NCBI GenBank assembly: GCA_030141605.1
Contig: JAQGDQ010002372.1
Coordinates: forward strand, 620,001-684,000
Direction of reading: 5' to 3'
Length of the DNA: 64,000 bases
DNA from: Tubiluchus corallicola
Lineage: Eukaryota > Animalia > Priapulida
Below are positions 25,616-38,800 of this stretch, one piece after another; the stretch's first letter is position 1, and each line of letters opens with the position of its first letter. A program made the translations under genes and the position numbers. The notes beneath the pieces were generated by a model, which was not told the origin of the DNA, ran no database searches, and worked only from the letters and a program-made list of their open reading frames with translations.

Positions 25616-27421
25616 CTATACAGAAGTTGCCCAAGAGACAGGCCGTTCTTTTTTGCCTTCATTATGCTTTTCTATTAGTTTTGTCCGGCCTTCACTTTCA
25701 ACTACCGGATTTTGGTTTTTACCGAGCGATGCATCCAGTGGAACATTAGCATCAACTTCCTCCCGCCACAAGTGATCAGTTTTTTGTCCATCAGAAAACT
25801 CTTCCTCATGTGTGTAGTAAGTGATTTCTCGTCTTTTCCAGAAAATGGCTATTAGTATTGCCAACAACACAGCAATGACCATAACTGCAATTGCAACTCC
25901 AAGTCTTGCATCCATGTTTAAGCGTTTAGCTCTAAACACCATAGGGCATGTCGCAATATGACTTGCATTCAAATTTCTGATGTACATCCCAGCATACTCT
26001 GCAGGTGTTGCACATTTTAAGCAAGTGATGTGTTTTGGATCAGAAGTACAGTTAACTGGATACAATTCCTGAATCCACTCATACACCGGACGAATTACAC
26101 AGTTACAGTGCCATGGGTTATCGCTAAGAGAAACACTAACTGTCTTTAATTCATCAACAAGGTCAACATCAAGTTGAAAAAATGAGTTGCCACTCAGGTC
26201 TATATGGCAAGAATACACAGAAAGGTCTTTTACAATCTTTGGATCAAAAGTTGATAGGTTATTGTTCCTGAGAATAAGTTGACTCAGTCTTAGAATGTAT
26301 GGAATGGAACTGCGTGGCAGCTCACTCAAGCTGCAGTTTGTAAGGTTAAGCACCACTAGCTCTGATAACATATTGAGCAAAAGGTCTAGTTTTTCTACAT
26401 CAAGCTGATTTCCACTTAAGTCTATCTCTTCCAACCTACCAGAAATCGGTGCAAGAATGTTGGGATCAATTTCATCCCAATTGTTATAAGCAAGGGATAT
26501 ACTTCGAGTCGTCAAACCTTCCAGAGAACTGGGTAGGATACCTTCACTGAGCCTGTTATGAGACAAGCTCAGCACATCTAAACTGAGTCCCTCAAATAAG
26601 TTATCAGGAATGCTAATTAGTTCATTATCATCAAGGTACAGCTCTTTTAACATCTTCAGACGTTTGGAGAAAACTCCTTTTTTAAACGGATGCAGCCGAT
26701 TACTGCTTAAGTTCAAATACTCAAGATTTGCCATATATTTGAATGTGTCCTCGTGTATGCCAGTTAAATTACAATTGCTTGCGTGTAGTTTCCTTAAACT
26801 ATGTTGCACATCAAGGAACACATCTTTGTCTAAATACCTTATCGGATTATCATTGAGAACTAGTGTTTCCAAATTATTTAGCTCCAAGAAGAATCTTGCG
26901 GGAAGCAAGTGAAGATCATTTCTGCCCATATTTAGGTACCGAAGTTGGGGCAGTGGTGCAAATTGTCCAGAAGCTATCTCTGATATATTATTACTATACA
27001 AGTTCAAATGTGTCACCAAAGAAATGCCAATCAGTTTCTTTTCACTGATGTGAGAAATGTTATTATAACTTAAATCTAACACCACGCAGCTGGATAAACC
27101 ATAGAATGCATACTCTGCAATGCCATTAAGATTAGAATGTGTAATACGAAGCTGCTCGATGTTTGGATACTTTCTAAATGTCGCCTTTGGAATGCCATGA
27201 ATGTAGTTGGAGCCGTTTTCGGGTGCACCGATTGTAAGTATATTCGTCCGAACATCAAACCCCTGTGGGATACTAGTCAGTCCACCTTTAACACATAGTG
27301 TTTGATGCCTTCTATTTTCCACAATGCTGCATTCACATTCTGCTGGGCACTTGAAGCAACAAACCTGCTTCTTGCTGATTGTCAGCAAAATGACGATCAT
27401 CAATGTTAGAAATCCCGCCAT
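25616..27421 (-). CDS. Leucine-rich-repeat type I transmembrane protein, 601 aa, single coding exon
   Basis: Signal peptide (MAGFLTLMIVILLTIS), LRRNT (CPAECEC), more than 12 LxxLxLxxNxL repeats, LRRCT (DNPWHCNC..CLKCATP..C), TM helix LGVAIAVMVIAVLLAILIAIFW followed by KRR, and a cytoplasmic tail ending ATSV*. A probable 5'UTR intron lies at 27559-27449 (GTAAGT...TTTCAG). Confidence 0.95.
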   Translation of the reverse strand: MAGFLTLMIVILLTISKKQVCCFKCPAECECSIVENRRHQTLCVKGGLTSIPQGFDVRTNILTIGAPENGSNYIHGIPKATFRKYPNIEQLRITHSNLNGIAEYAFYGLSSCVVLDLSYNNISHISEKKLIGISLVTHLNLYSNNISEIASGQFAPLPQLRYLNMGRNDLHLLPARFFLELNNLETLVLNDNPIRYLDKDVFLDVQHSLRKLHASNCNLTGIHEDTFKYMANLEYLNLSSNRLHPFKKGVFSKRLKMLKELYLDDNELISIPDNLFEGLSLDVLSLSHNRLSEGILPSSLEGLTTRSISLAYNNWDEIDPNILAPISGRLEEIDLSGNQLDVEKLDLLLNMLSELVVLNLTNCSLSELPRSSIPYILRLSQLILRNNNLSTFDPKIVKDLSVYSCHIDLSGNSFFQLDVDLVDELKTVSVSLSDNPWHCNCVIRPVYEWIQELYPVNCTSDPKHITCLKCATPAEYAGMYIRNLNASHIATCPMVFRAKRLNMDARLGVAIAVMVIAVLLAILIAIFWKRREITYYTHEEEFSDGQKTDHLWREEVDANVPLDASLGKNQNPVVESEGRTKLIEKHNEGKKERPVSWATSV

Positions 27422-29451
27422 GCTTCTTCCTCATTCATAGTTTATAACCTGAAACACAGAATAGGTTAGCTTTCTCTCGCAGCTTAATTATTTCTGATGA
27501 AGCGATTGCGTTTATTAGTTTTACTATGTTTGTCCACTCCCACCAAATTCCAAACTTACGTTTGTTGACGGAGAGAGTAATAAACATTCTCTTAATAAAC
27601 ATCCACTTACTCGGCAAGACGCCAATTCTCATTCTCGTAAAAGGAAAAATGCCAGAGCATCGTATCAATTTTGAAATATCGTGATAGAAACAAGAACGAC
27701 ACTGACAAAAACTCAAAGAGAGTACCCAAATGTAAAGCAGTTTTCTTTATAATAGCTAACAGCGAGACTATAAAGTTTAATCTACGTATAATGCACTATG
27801 CTTGTGTCTGGACGTAATTCTAAATGCGCTAGAAACCGGGCAACACTTCACAAATCATTTTACATTCCTTGAAGCGAAAGCGGCCATCATGCTTAACAGC
27901 TGTTGCAGCTTTCTTCACTTTGAGCGTCATAAAGGTTTGAACTTTAGAAATTTAGGTTAACTCATTATGCGTAAAGTGGCTGTAGGTCATGATCAATTAG
28001 GCTATTAATTATATGATAGTTTAATTTAATACATAAATTTTTATTTAGTACAAAAAAGAACGAGCGCTGTTCAGTAACAACTCGCCCCAAGTGGGATTTC
28101 ACCATCGTCTTCTATATCTAAACAGACATGCCACGCGCGATATCTGATTTAGCAAGCGGACGATTTTAGGCTCTGCATAAATAATCAAACAACAGTAGCT
28201 TTCTGTTTAAGTGTGGCTGAAGCCAAGTTATTGCGGATTCATTATAGCACCACGATGCCTGACCTTGGTTGATTGAATAAAACAGGCCTTGGTTATGTCC
28301 ATGTGCACAAAACTGACTTAGCATTTGAAACATCGCTTTACGCAAATTGAAAAGGCTGTATTGTAGTTTCAGAGTGATGGAACGTATATATAAGCGTTAT
28401 GTAACTCTGTCTTACAGGCGGGATACGTTGATCATTTAATGTGAAGATGATGAGGCTGGTAAGACCTGCATATTATGTATTTGCTAACAATTCAGTAATA
28501 AAAACCTACACACCAGTAAAGCAGTTATCGGTATTTATTTAGGACCTAATTATGTAATAACGAGGGTCTGTACCTAAAAGAAAATCTGTACTCACATACT
28601 CATGGCATTAAGCACGTAATCCGAAGATTCCTAGTTCAAATTCAAACTGAGCCTAGTTCTTCTCATTTCGATCATTTCGGCGTCCTAACGTTTGATTTCA
28701 AAAATCCAGAAACTAAAGACATGCATTGTTATTTAATATTGATATTAAGGTCATTAATAGTTGCCTATTTCTAAAAATCTCATTTTTTGACACATTTGGC
28801 AGTACATTTTGCTGTGTTAATGTGGATTGGTATTGTTTTAGCCACTAATTAGTTTTTTAGTTTTGTGCTTTCACGACAACGTAGAGCCCTAGCAGTATTT
28901 AAAAGCTATGCTGTGCGCTCAAAATAATAGTGTTGCTCAAATGTTGATCTCTCTAGACTACCGAAGTCTGTAACTCACAATAAACTTCACAAAACTGAAG
29001 ATATTTCTGCTACATCGCCTTGCAGAACGTCGCCATAAAACACTGCCCTATTGATCGTCTACATTTAAAAGCCAGCACATTTCTCAAATTTTACTCAGAA
29101 ACATTGCTGAAGCCATGTATATTGTCTGCACATTCCTCGACGTTTGCTTCAATATTTATCTTGTTTATTTTCAATTCGGATTCAACGAGTATTTGGAAAA
29201 CTTATGCCGTCTGATAATAATATTAATAGACAGAATTATTAATTTGCCAGCTGGCGGTGTGATACAAGTCACGAGTCATTCGAAATTAATGTATAATTGG
29301 CCTAGATTTGATAGTCAGTCATGCAAGCAGCTGAGAATTGTTATAAGAACTCGAATTTCATGGCGTAACTTTTTAAGAGATTGCTTATGAAGCCACTTTT
29401 ATCGTAATACGTTTCATTGTATGTATTATAAAATTGATTCAATTGCCTTAA

Positions 29452-29656
29452 GTGGCATTTATCTGGCATCCGGAATGCGTTACGCATTATCCACTTACGA
29501 AATAGCAGCGTATAAAAATCAATAGGAAATAGCTGCAGAAAAAATAACGCATAACGCAGGTCTGATAAACGGGTGCGTTGAAAACAATATAAGCCAATTT
29601 TGTCTAGTCCGCATTCGCATAATGCATATGCATTCCGGATGCCAGGTAAACGCCAC
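29452..29656 (+). mobile_element. TTAA-flanked MITE, copy 1 (~205 bp)
   Basis: TTAA|GTGGCATTTATCTGGCATCCGGAATGC ... GCATTCCGGATGCCAGGTAAACGCCAC|TTAA, with TIRs of about 27 bp. Confidence 0.85.
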
Positions 29657-29832
29657 TTAAGTTGACGTAGAGTTTTTAGGTAATCCAATTATGTTTGCCT
29701 CTTTTATTAACAATCTTTTAAATTTTAGCCTTTTGATATTTTGTCGGATTTTGAAGCTGAAAATCGGTGTCAATTAGGAAGAAAAAAGGAAAGCAAATAA
29801 AACCACTACGCCTAGTGATTTACTTTATTAAA

Positions 29833-30024
29833 ATGGCGTTTAGCTAGCATCAGGAATGCGCATGCGTTGTAGATGAGGAATAGATAAAATCGGTTTATAT
29901 TGTTTTCAATGTACCCTTTCATCAGACCTGTGTTATGCGTTAGTTTTTCTGCAGCTATTTCCTATTTTTATGCGCTGCTATTCCGCAGATGGATAACGCA
30001 TAACGCATTCCAGGTAAACGCCAT
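29833..30024 (-). mobile_element. TTAA-flanked MITE, copy 2, inverted relative to copy 1
   Basis: The interior is the reverse complement of copy 1 (e.g. TTTTTCTGCAGCTATTTCCTATT vs AATAGGAAATAGCTGCAGAAAAA; TATATTGTTTTCAA vs TTGAAAACAATATA). Ends are ATGGCGTTTA...TAAACGCCAT|TTAA. Confidence 0.8.
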
Positions 30025-31238
30025 TTAAGGCTTTTTTTAATTAAATTAGCACCACGAATTTGAATGAATAAACAGCGGAAGTTAGTTGATTAAATATATT
30101 CGCGAGTTTTATTAATCTATCGTCACATGTTCACTCCTCAACTTCACAATTGTATGAAACTAATTACGGCTGCTATTATATTGTCATTTATTTATCAATC
30201 TTCATCAAAAAATAATTATCATTTGGCTGATCACACTGGTGGATATGCTCGGAAACGTATACGCTAATTTACCCCACCAAATCATTTTTTATAATTAACT
30301 TTTCGACTAGTTATTGATCATAAAGTAATAAAAGAGGGGGTTAGATTGCTTATTGCCATAAGCAGCTACAGCTTGAGGACGCGTTGTATAATACACAAGA
30401 ATATTGTTGTCACAGATACAGCTTTATATTTACCCCCAAATGAAATAGCATTTATATATACATAGAGACTGAGTAAACATCGTGTCATGTTTTCTTTACC
30501 AATCCAAGTCATCTACTGACTAATTACAGTAACACTGCCTATATGTGTTACACCTCTGAACATGCATGATACATGTCCACAATAGGGTTATATTGTCCCA
30601 AATCTTCGCAACTTCAAATTCCCACAGTTAAAGAATGTGCCTGCGTAGCTAATGCTTGTCAGAGAAATTTTTCTGACAGTTTTTCCTGTCTAAATTTTTT
30701 AGGTAGCAGGTGCTATCGAAACAGTATGTTCAATTCTCTTCAATGTTTAAAAGGTAATGAGTTGAACTGTTTACTGTTTTGTTGCAACGCAGTAGACTTT
30801 TGAATCTTCGAGCTGTTATCTGTGACTTGAATTCTGATTTGCCGCGAGCATTCTTTCACGTCGGATATTTTCCAACATTGCCGTGAGATTTTAGTTAGTG
30901 AAACTTAAAGCAACAGAGCAGTCACGCAGTCAGACATACTATAATCAGATTGCACAGATATTTCTCAAAAGCTAGATTCCAGAAAAGCGCACACTAACAT
31001 ACAAACTACTACACATACTTTTCAACAGCACTCAGGCACAAAACAGATCACTGTTTGAAAACCTAACATGCTCTTTTTCTTGTTCTCACAATTATTTTTT
31101 ACACAACTGTATAATTGATTTGCCTTTATTTCGAAAGTAAACTTGACAAGGGCTAACAGGTTAGAAAAACTATTAGTTGGTTTTTAGGAGCATTCCATGC
31201 AACAAACGAAAAGCATGTGTGTTTGTGTGTAAATTTAA

Positions 31239-31807
31239 CCCTTTCAACACGGTATGTACAAATCGGTTATGAATTATATTTTTGCTGATGCATTTTTTAT
31301 TCATTACAACAAGTTTCTTATACTGATATCAGTAATGAAACTAGCCTATAATTCAATTGAAATTTTGAACTGTGAACTGAGCAACATCGGTATTTCTGTC
31401 ATTTTTTCAGACAGGGAATGATCTGCAAAAAAAACAAACATTTCAAATCTCGTTGCATCTTAACTTTTTCAAACAGCAAAAAATGCAGTATCAGAAAAAA
31501 TAGCCAAAAAAAATCACAAACTTTTGTCATTATGGTGTACTGAGTCAGGATTTTCAAATGCAGAAAAAGCTTTCTTATAACAAAATTAGGGAATACTTTT
31601 TGTGTTTAAACTTAAAAATGGTGATTGCAAACTTTTCGACAATTAAAATTGCGTTAATCTGGCCCTTTTTCCACATATACAATAAGTGACTTTGTTTCTG
31701 TACACGTAGTTGAATTGTGTTAAGTGTTAGCAATAATTAAAATTTATTTTTATTATAGTAAATAGCACGGTCTTTTCATTTCTGCTAGCAGCGAGAGAGT
31801 GAAAGGG
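31239..31807. mobile_element. piggyBac-like MITE remnant
   Basis: TTAA|CCCTTTCA ... TGAAAGGG|TAAA termini with an AT-rich non-coding interior. The TIR match is short. Confidence 0.5.
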
Positions 31808-32512
31808 TAAACAATACACTAACAACACCTTACAACAGCTCAATCCTTACTGCTCACGAGCAATTACACGAATGACAATCAGGAAGCTTTATTGGCCTCT
31901 GAAGATACACAGCACTCCATAGTCAACATTAATGAAGAAGTCGTATGATATACGCTCGCATTAGAACGACATTTATTGCCAGAATATGTATATTTATATC
32001 TTTAGAAACGACTGTCTCTACGGGATAGGAGCAATTGATGAGGTAGATGATGGGGTATAGATGAGATACATGTATAATCGAGCAGATTAATCATTAACTA
32101 CATGAAACAGTCAAGAGTATAAATTACGTGGAATTGATTTAAAGAGAAATTAGTTTAATTCCACAATCTTAAGTTTATAACTGCTCTTCAAAGTCCTCAT
32201 TATGAATGTTTTGAGCCAATGTAGTTTACAGTATCTTCATATTTGTACAGTTTTCTTAATTCCCTTTCATACTTAAACAGTTTCCTATAGGCTATAGTAT
32301 TTCAGACTATTTGGACTGAGATTGTTTGCTTGGTTATTTTGTGATGTTAGTCAACCGGATCACGTTAAAACAGTTTACCGAAACTCAAACCAACTTTAGA
32401 ATTAATCTCAAGTAAAATGAGTTAAATTTCTACAATCACTTCTTAGTAATCAAAATGAGCACTTTTCTTTGATGGCAATGTTACTAATATGAAACCTATT
32501 GTACAATCCTAA

Positions 32513-32800
32513 AAGAAGAAGAAGAAGAAGAAGATTGCCTCATTCCCAATGGCGTAAGAATAAATGGTCATGACAGCTATTATTCGTAACCTCAACACGT
32601 AAGGAGGACAGTGGTAAGCCAACCCCCCCCTTCCCCATTACCTAACCAGGTACCCAATTAAGGCTGAGTAGACCCACGAAATATGACCAGAGAGCCACTG
32701 TTAGAGTGGAATAGCTCGAAAAACACAAACACCGACATACGTCAGATTCCGATTCTGAATCGACTGCCAACCACCGTATCACTTCATCACCCGCCGTCCT
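32513..32800 (-). mobile_element. SINE with Nin/Deu-like central domain and (TTC)n tail
   Basis: The minus strand reads a degenerate tRNA-like head, then GTCTACTCAGCCTTAATTGGGTACCTGG (32673-32646), which resembles the conserved CACCCAG..TAAATGGGTACC core of Nin/Deu-domain SINEs, then ends in (TTC)n at 32533-32513. Confidence 0.6.
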
Positions 32801-35800
32801 CACTAGAAAAGTTAAACATCAGTCACCAGATACGGCGATAGTGACACTATAATAATCAGTTTATTCTATTAAAAAGCATTGTATTTTTGATAATATCTGC
32901 AATTTGCGTTGTGCACTGTACAGTGCGCATTTAGGTAATACAAGTGCAAGAAAAACGAGGGGAATTGAACCCAAGTCCAGCAATGACCCTGAAATTTGTT
33001 AAGAGGTAACCCATCATGCTTAACGCTAATTAATAATTAACAGAATTAATGTGCCACTTACATATATTATATCAATTACAGGACATATACAGTTATTCAT
33101 TGTTGTGCTTTACTTAAATACAGGCGCTGTGTTTTATCGGTGAGCTTCAAATAAAACACGCCAGGTGAACATCTCAGGGCAGCACCAGGCGAACCCGAAC
33201 TCGGCGTCGTCGTTGTTGTGGTCTCTTTTCACAAAAGCTGTCATGAAGCACGTATTATTCTGTGCCAGTTCGTCCTAGGAAAATTTCTTAAAGCAAAAAC
33301 TGGGTTGCGGAAATCCGCGTGTAGTGCAGTTTCCTTGTGCCGAACAATCTGAAAAACCCTATTAATGATTCGCACGATTTTGATGCCGGAAGTTCGGTTA
33401 ACGTAGCTGATTAATGTTTTACTTTCGGGCGGGGCCGCAACAAAAACCATTAAATTTTGCCGTAATGGACTTTTAATGTTAAATTAAAGTCACCGGAAGC
33501 ACAAGTTTTTCAGAATCATTCGGGGTTACGTTTCACCGAGAATTACCATAATAATGTATCGATAAATGCCATAAATCATTTCTACGTACGCTTCTTTACT
33601 TAATTTTCTTTCGAAAACATCCACAACAAATTTTAAACCAATTATTGTTAACAAGTAAATAAGAAATTAAACAAGTATGATGCTTAATTGCATTCACATG
33701 ACAATTTTACAACAATAAAATATAAATGGACAAAGAAAGGACATTTTATATCCTATTCAGTAGAGTCAGGCGATTTTCAATGATTATAGACTTAAATAAT
33801 TAACCAGTAATTTTTTTTAAAGTCACGTGATTTATTCCGTACATGATCAATTTGCAGCTAGATTTATTCTACAAAAGTCCGTACAGTCTTCATATAACAA
33901 ATATTACAGCATGTATTTTGAAGCCCTTAAAATGGCGAACCAAGCATGAAAACAGCTGAGCAGTGAGCAAACACTACTCTGCCGCCTCGGACACATTAAA
34001 TACACAGAGCATGGCTTCAACCGAAATTCTCCACTTATCTTACCAAAATAAAGCCCTCTGGTTGAACCCTACTGCAAGTCGAAATTTTGCTACCATCATC
34101 ACGATTCTGCAGTTGTTGTTAATGGTTTTCTAAAATTGCAAGATAAACCGTATTCACGTGACATAGGGAGAAGTGTAATCTAATTTGATATACATTTAGG
34201 ATATTAACAGTGTTATTGATGCGTATAGTTCTTTACAGTAATTTTTGATCGGCTGCATCTGCACGAATGTACATTTACTATTAAAGTCATAAAATTTCTA
34301 TTAATACACTATTCAAAATACTGTTTGTACTCTGCAAACAAACTGAAGGTGAACACAAGCTTAACCACCTACTGCAGCCAATTACATGACAGACTTCTTT
34401 ACGACGTGAGATTCATTAATGCAGAACGAAATAACGAGCTGTGACAAACTGAAGTGTTTAAATGCTAAGCTTTGCGGTGAAAATAGCATAAACATTTAGA
34501 TAGAGTGTACATACCGTGTCCCTTGCTTATACAAATAGAGAATCTTACTTGCTATGAGAGCTGGGAACTACATACGCGACATTGACAATGGGTGGAAACC
34601 AATTTGTGCTGAAGCCAGCTATGAATGTCGTTAATGCAACAATGGGCAAGGAAACAAGTTCCAATGGAGCATTCTAGCAGCAAAAGCCTCAATACAGCAC
34701 CTAGTACAGTGTAGCTGATCAAATGCCCTTGCATAGTGCAATAAGGCCACTGTACTATTGCACTCTGTCTTCAATCTCTAATGGTATATTGAATTCAGCT
34801 GGGGCTAAGACTAAATGGCCAGTGTTCGCAGCCCAAATGCATAAAACCGGCACTGCTAAAATCTGTGTAAAAGCACGTCATTGAAACTAGTTACCCAGAG
34901 TATAGTAGGCATAAGTAAATCTGCACTACAGATCCCTATACACCAAAATAGTTATCCTAGCTCTCTTCCTACGGCTCATTAACATAACGTAATCGTATAA
35001 ATGGGCATAAAGCTCGGAGTAACTTGGAATTTCAGCTGTTTTATTTTTAGAAAAGCGCGCGAATTCTTACTATTAAACCAACAAATATATAGGGCTAATG
35101 CGATGGACCTGCCTCAAAAACTGCATGACTTCGTGCACGGGCTTATAAATATTTATAGCTTAACAAAGAAGTTGAGGACCCTCTAATGTCACTATCCAAT
35201 TTACAGCAATTTAACTATGTATACAAAGAAATAGAGTTGTTTGAACGTCAATAAATGAATTGCAAAGTTAAATCTCAACCCCTCCCGGATTAATTTATCA
35301 ACACATAAGACTCGTTGCTCAATATACTGACTGCAACAATGTTACACATTTTAAAGCTTGCTACAGGACGTGATTTCTGGTGAATTATTCTTCAAAACTG
35401 TACTTCACCCCTTAGGCCTACTAACAAAATATGGGAAGGTATACGATACTCCGTTAGCAAGGATGACTGACCAGTAACTAATTGCAAATAAAATAGACAA
35501 CTATTAGACATAAAGTACAGACTGAATTGACTTGATATTAAAGGACAAGAAAAAATTCTTCATAAATAAGGTTCGTCTTAAAATACTGTATCACTTAGAT
35601 GCTGTCTTATTGCTTACGTTAGCAGTAACACTGCGTAGAACTTGTAAATTTAAACTTCGGCGTAAAATTTGAAAACATAATTAGAACATTCGTAGCGCAC
35701 TAATCGCTATTTAAGCAAACTACTTTATATCGTCAACAGGATCAACAACGTGTTTTTTGGTGAGCCAATGGTGCAACAGTGAAATTTTATCAGTTTGAAT

Positions 35801-38800
35801 TATTTGAATTACCAGCGTGAACATTTTGAATTATTAAGAAAATTATTCTCCAAATTCACACGTCTTTCATATAAGCAAGTGTAAAGTAAAGAAATATAAC
35901 TGTAACGTAATATAAATATGTATGTAATATAAGATTTTTGGGCTATATATTTAAACTTTCTTTCTTCCTTAGGAGAAAGTAATTTTAATTAAATGTACAA
36001 AATGGTTCAATTGAATGTAAACACGATTATTTTGGATCACATGTCAAAAATTTTAGTACTTACTGTTGTATTTTCATATGTGGAATTTTCACTTCATTTT
36101 CATTTGTTTTTGAATCAACTAAAATTTTTGCTTTCCAAAACATAAACAACTTTTTTGCGACTTCATACAAACAGCTATGACGTTGCTTTATTTACAATAG
36201 TAACGTTGTGATTTCACTACAATATTTCACTCAGTACTTCTCTGTTCATACTGCCGGATATTTGTAACAAAACGTCTGTGTGATTTTCAGATATATACTT
36301 GTTACACAATAAACAACAACTGAAATTATTAAACATCATTTAACATGGAGCGGGGCAAGGTCATGGGAGCCTTACTGAAGCTAGCCTATAGCTTGCCCAA
36401 AGTAGTTTGATGGTAGTTAATCGCTGACTAGATGCAGGGTGGTCTAAGTTACCGAATATGTTTCTGGCATACTGGTGAATATATAATGATTTAAGATACT
36501 TTCCAATCATGTTAGTGTCAGTAGCATCATTAACATATTTTATTATCCCAGCAACCTCATTCGCGGCAGCAATTGCAATTCATTATCTACTCACCGTGTG
36601 AGGAAAGATTCAATCAGCTACTTGTTTTAGGGTTGTTACCCGTAACATAACCTAGAAAGCAGTTTGCACACTCCCTGTAACATGATCAGAATCGTAAAGT
36701 GCCCCGGCATGCGGAGCTCTTTGGGAAGCCATGGGATTCAACAGCACTTGGGGAAGCCAGCTTATAAAGAGTATTAAGGAAGCCAAGTTAGGACGACGCA
36801 TATTGTACATAAAATTTATTATCGATGAGTTTACATAATACAGTGGCTATGTTCGCAGTGTACAATTATCATTTTAAGCATAACAAGTAGCGTGATAAAG
36901 ATTTTTTAATGAAAAATAATTAGAAAGAAGCTCAAAATATTTTTTACATTATTCTGGTAAGAACTAGGAACTTTATTAGCGAATCCATGGATTTGCAAAG
37001 AATGATTAATGAGTTATTCTCGCTATGCATGTGAAACATCAAATTATAATTAATATGCTAAGTTTAAAGCCACACCATATACGACATAATTAATACTTTC
37101 ATCTGTACTGTCTCTGTGAAACGCCCTGCACTCGGACAGTAACGATTTGTGAAGCTTAAGCTACATGCTTGTTCAAAGAAAACACATAAGAAAGATGGTA
37201 TCATTGGATAATCGTTCTTAAACACCTAGGGATGACTTCGAGATACATGAAATATCTAAAGCTGATGCATCGCGTCTTATACAGGATGTAACTTTGTTAT
37301 AATCAGAATTGTGCCAAGAAGCAGGTTGGGTTCGATCATTTTTCTGGCACTAGCTAAATATGTAGCTATATATAGTATACATCTTGTTTCTTTAGTCACG
37401 TGGATGTAAAATTCCTAGTTTCACAAAAAAAAAATGTGCCTAAAACGTATACAGTCAGCTCCAAAAACCATACTTACTCAAATTTAAGTAGCACATCCCA
37501 ATGTTTCCTATTCATGTATTTTGCACAAAACACGATCGGCTGTGCGGAATTTTAAAATTAAGCTGAAACTGTTTAATAATAGACTCCCAGCTCGTTAGAA
37601 CACACTCTGTGGTTAAAATGACAACCCTTTGTTTACACAGGGCTTTCCAGCAACACTCTTCCAACATCGATCAGTGGAGGTTTACACTCATTTCCAGCTT
37701 TGAAAGCGTCCTGTCATAAAATCACTAATCATTGTTTGCCAATTGTCCGTGCATATTGCTAAGCAGAGAGATGAATAGTTAGCATATGACAGGATCCCAG
37801 CGCTATATCTCTATTACCATAATTATCAGCAAGAGCCTGTACAGATAGTACCATATAGCCTTTGTCTACACCGCACCGACTAACGCATCTTTCCTTTTAT
37901 GGACAAGACTGGCGGATAAAATCCATAGAAGTTGTCTTTGCTTCAAACAGAAAGCATGCTTGTACCACACGTATTTGTACAAATTTCTCTGAGCACAATG
38001 CAAACACGCACGGTGCATGGTATAAGCAGGCATGAGAAGATATAATATAAGACTACTACAGCATCAATATAAATTATCACAACTATCAATGTAATATGTA
38101 ATTACAATACTTATACACTCAAACCAGTTATCGTTAACTTATTTAATGAGAATCATTTAATGTTTTCTAAACCAGAGAAAATATAAATCACCTAAATAAT
38201 GACCAACAAAATACAAGTTTTGGCACATTCTCATCTCATGACTGGCAATCTTCTGTGATACTTAGTTAAATACTAATTACCTAGCTAACTATAGCTATCT
38301 TCTTGTAGTTACAACTGCCGTAACCTCACAATCTGTAATCTTAGAAAGTCTCATTAATGCCACATAGTGTAACCAAGTGAATGAATGGCCTGCCTTGAGA
38401 ACAATAGAGTTTATTATGAATTAAACAACCTGAGAGAATTTGAGGAAGCGAACCTAAAAGTTATAACTTTAACGGAGGCCTATATTACTTGATGTCACAA
38501 GCATAAATATTGGTTAATTTTTATCAATTAGAACACTCCAGTGAATTCATCATAATTGCACATAAATGTGACACATGGATGTTTGGTGATTTTTGCGAAA
38601 GTGAAAATCTGAGCATGTGAGAACTGTTGCAGATACGGCGTACAATAAACGTCTGAAAGTATCTTATAAATTATCTTCGCTGAGTAAAGTATTTGCAGCT
38701 TTTATCAAGCTCATCCATTATGTCCCATTAGATCTCAAATCCTAAGCGCTTTCTTTACAAAGATAAACAATAAATGGCAATCGTCAATAATAAATACACA

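Noticed and set aside
26610-27258. Overlapping or antisense ORFs within the LRR gene (and similar ones inside the tubulin exons)
   Set aside because: Shadow ORFs of real coding sequence with no independent motifs.
28598-28660. tRNA-like A/B-box fragments (also ~6320-6355 and ~32957-32980)
   Set aside because: No cloverleaf. At best these are decayed SINE heads, so no tRNA gene is called.
34702-34765. Interleaved inverted pairs suggesting a pseudoknot (TAGTACAGTG/CACTGTACTA and AGTGCAATA/TATTGCACT)
   Set aside because: The two 3' strands overlap with no connecting loop, so the geometry is implausible and there is no functional context.
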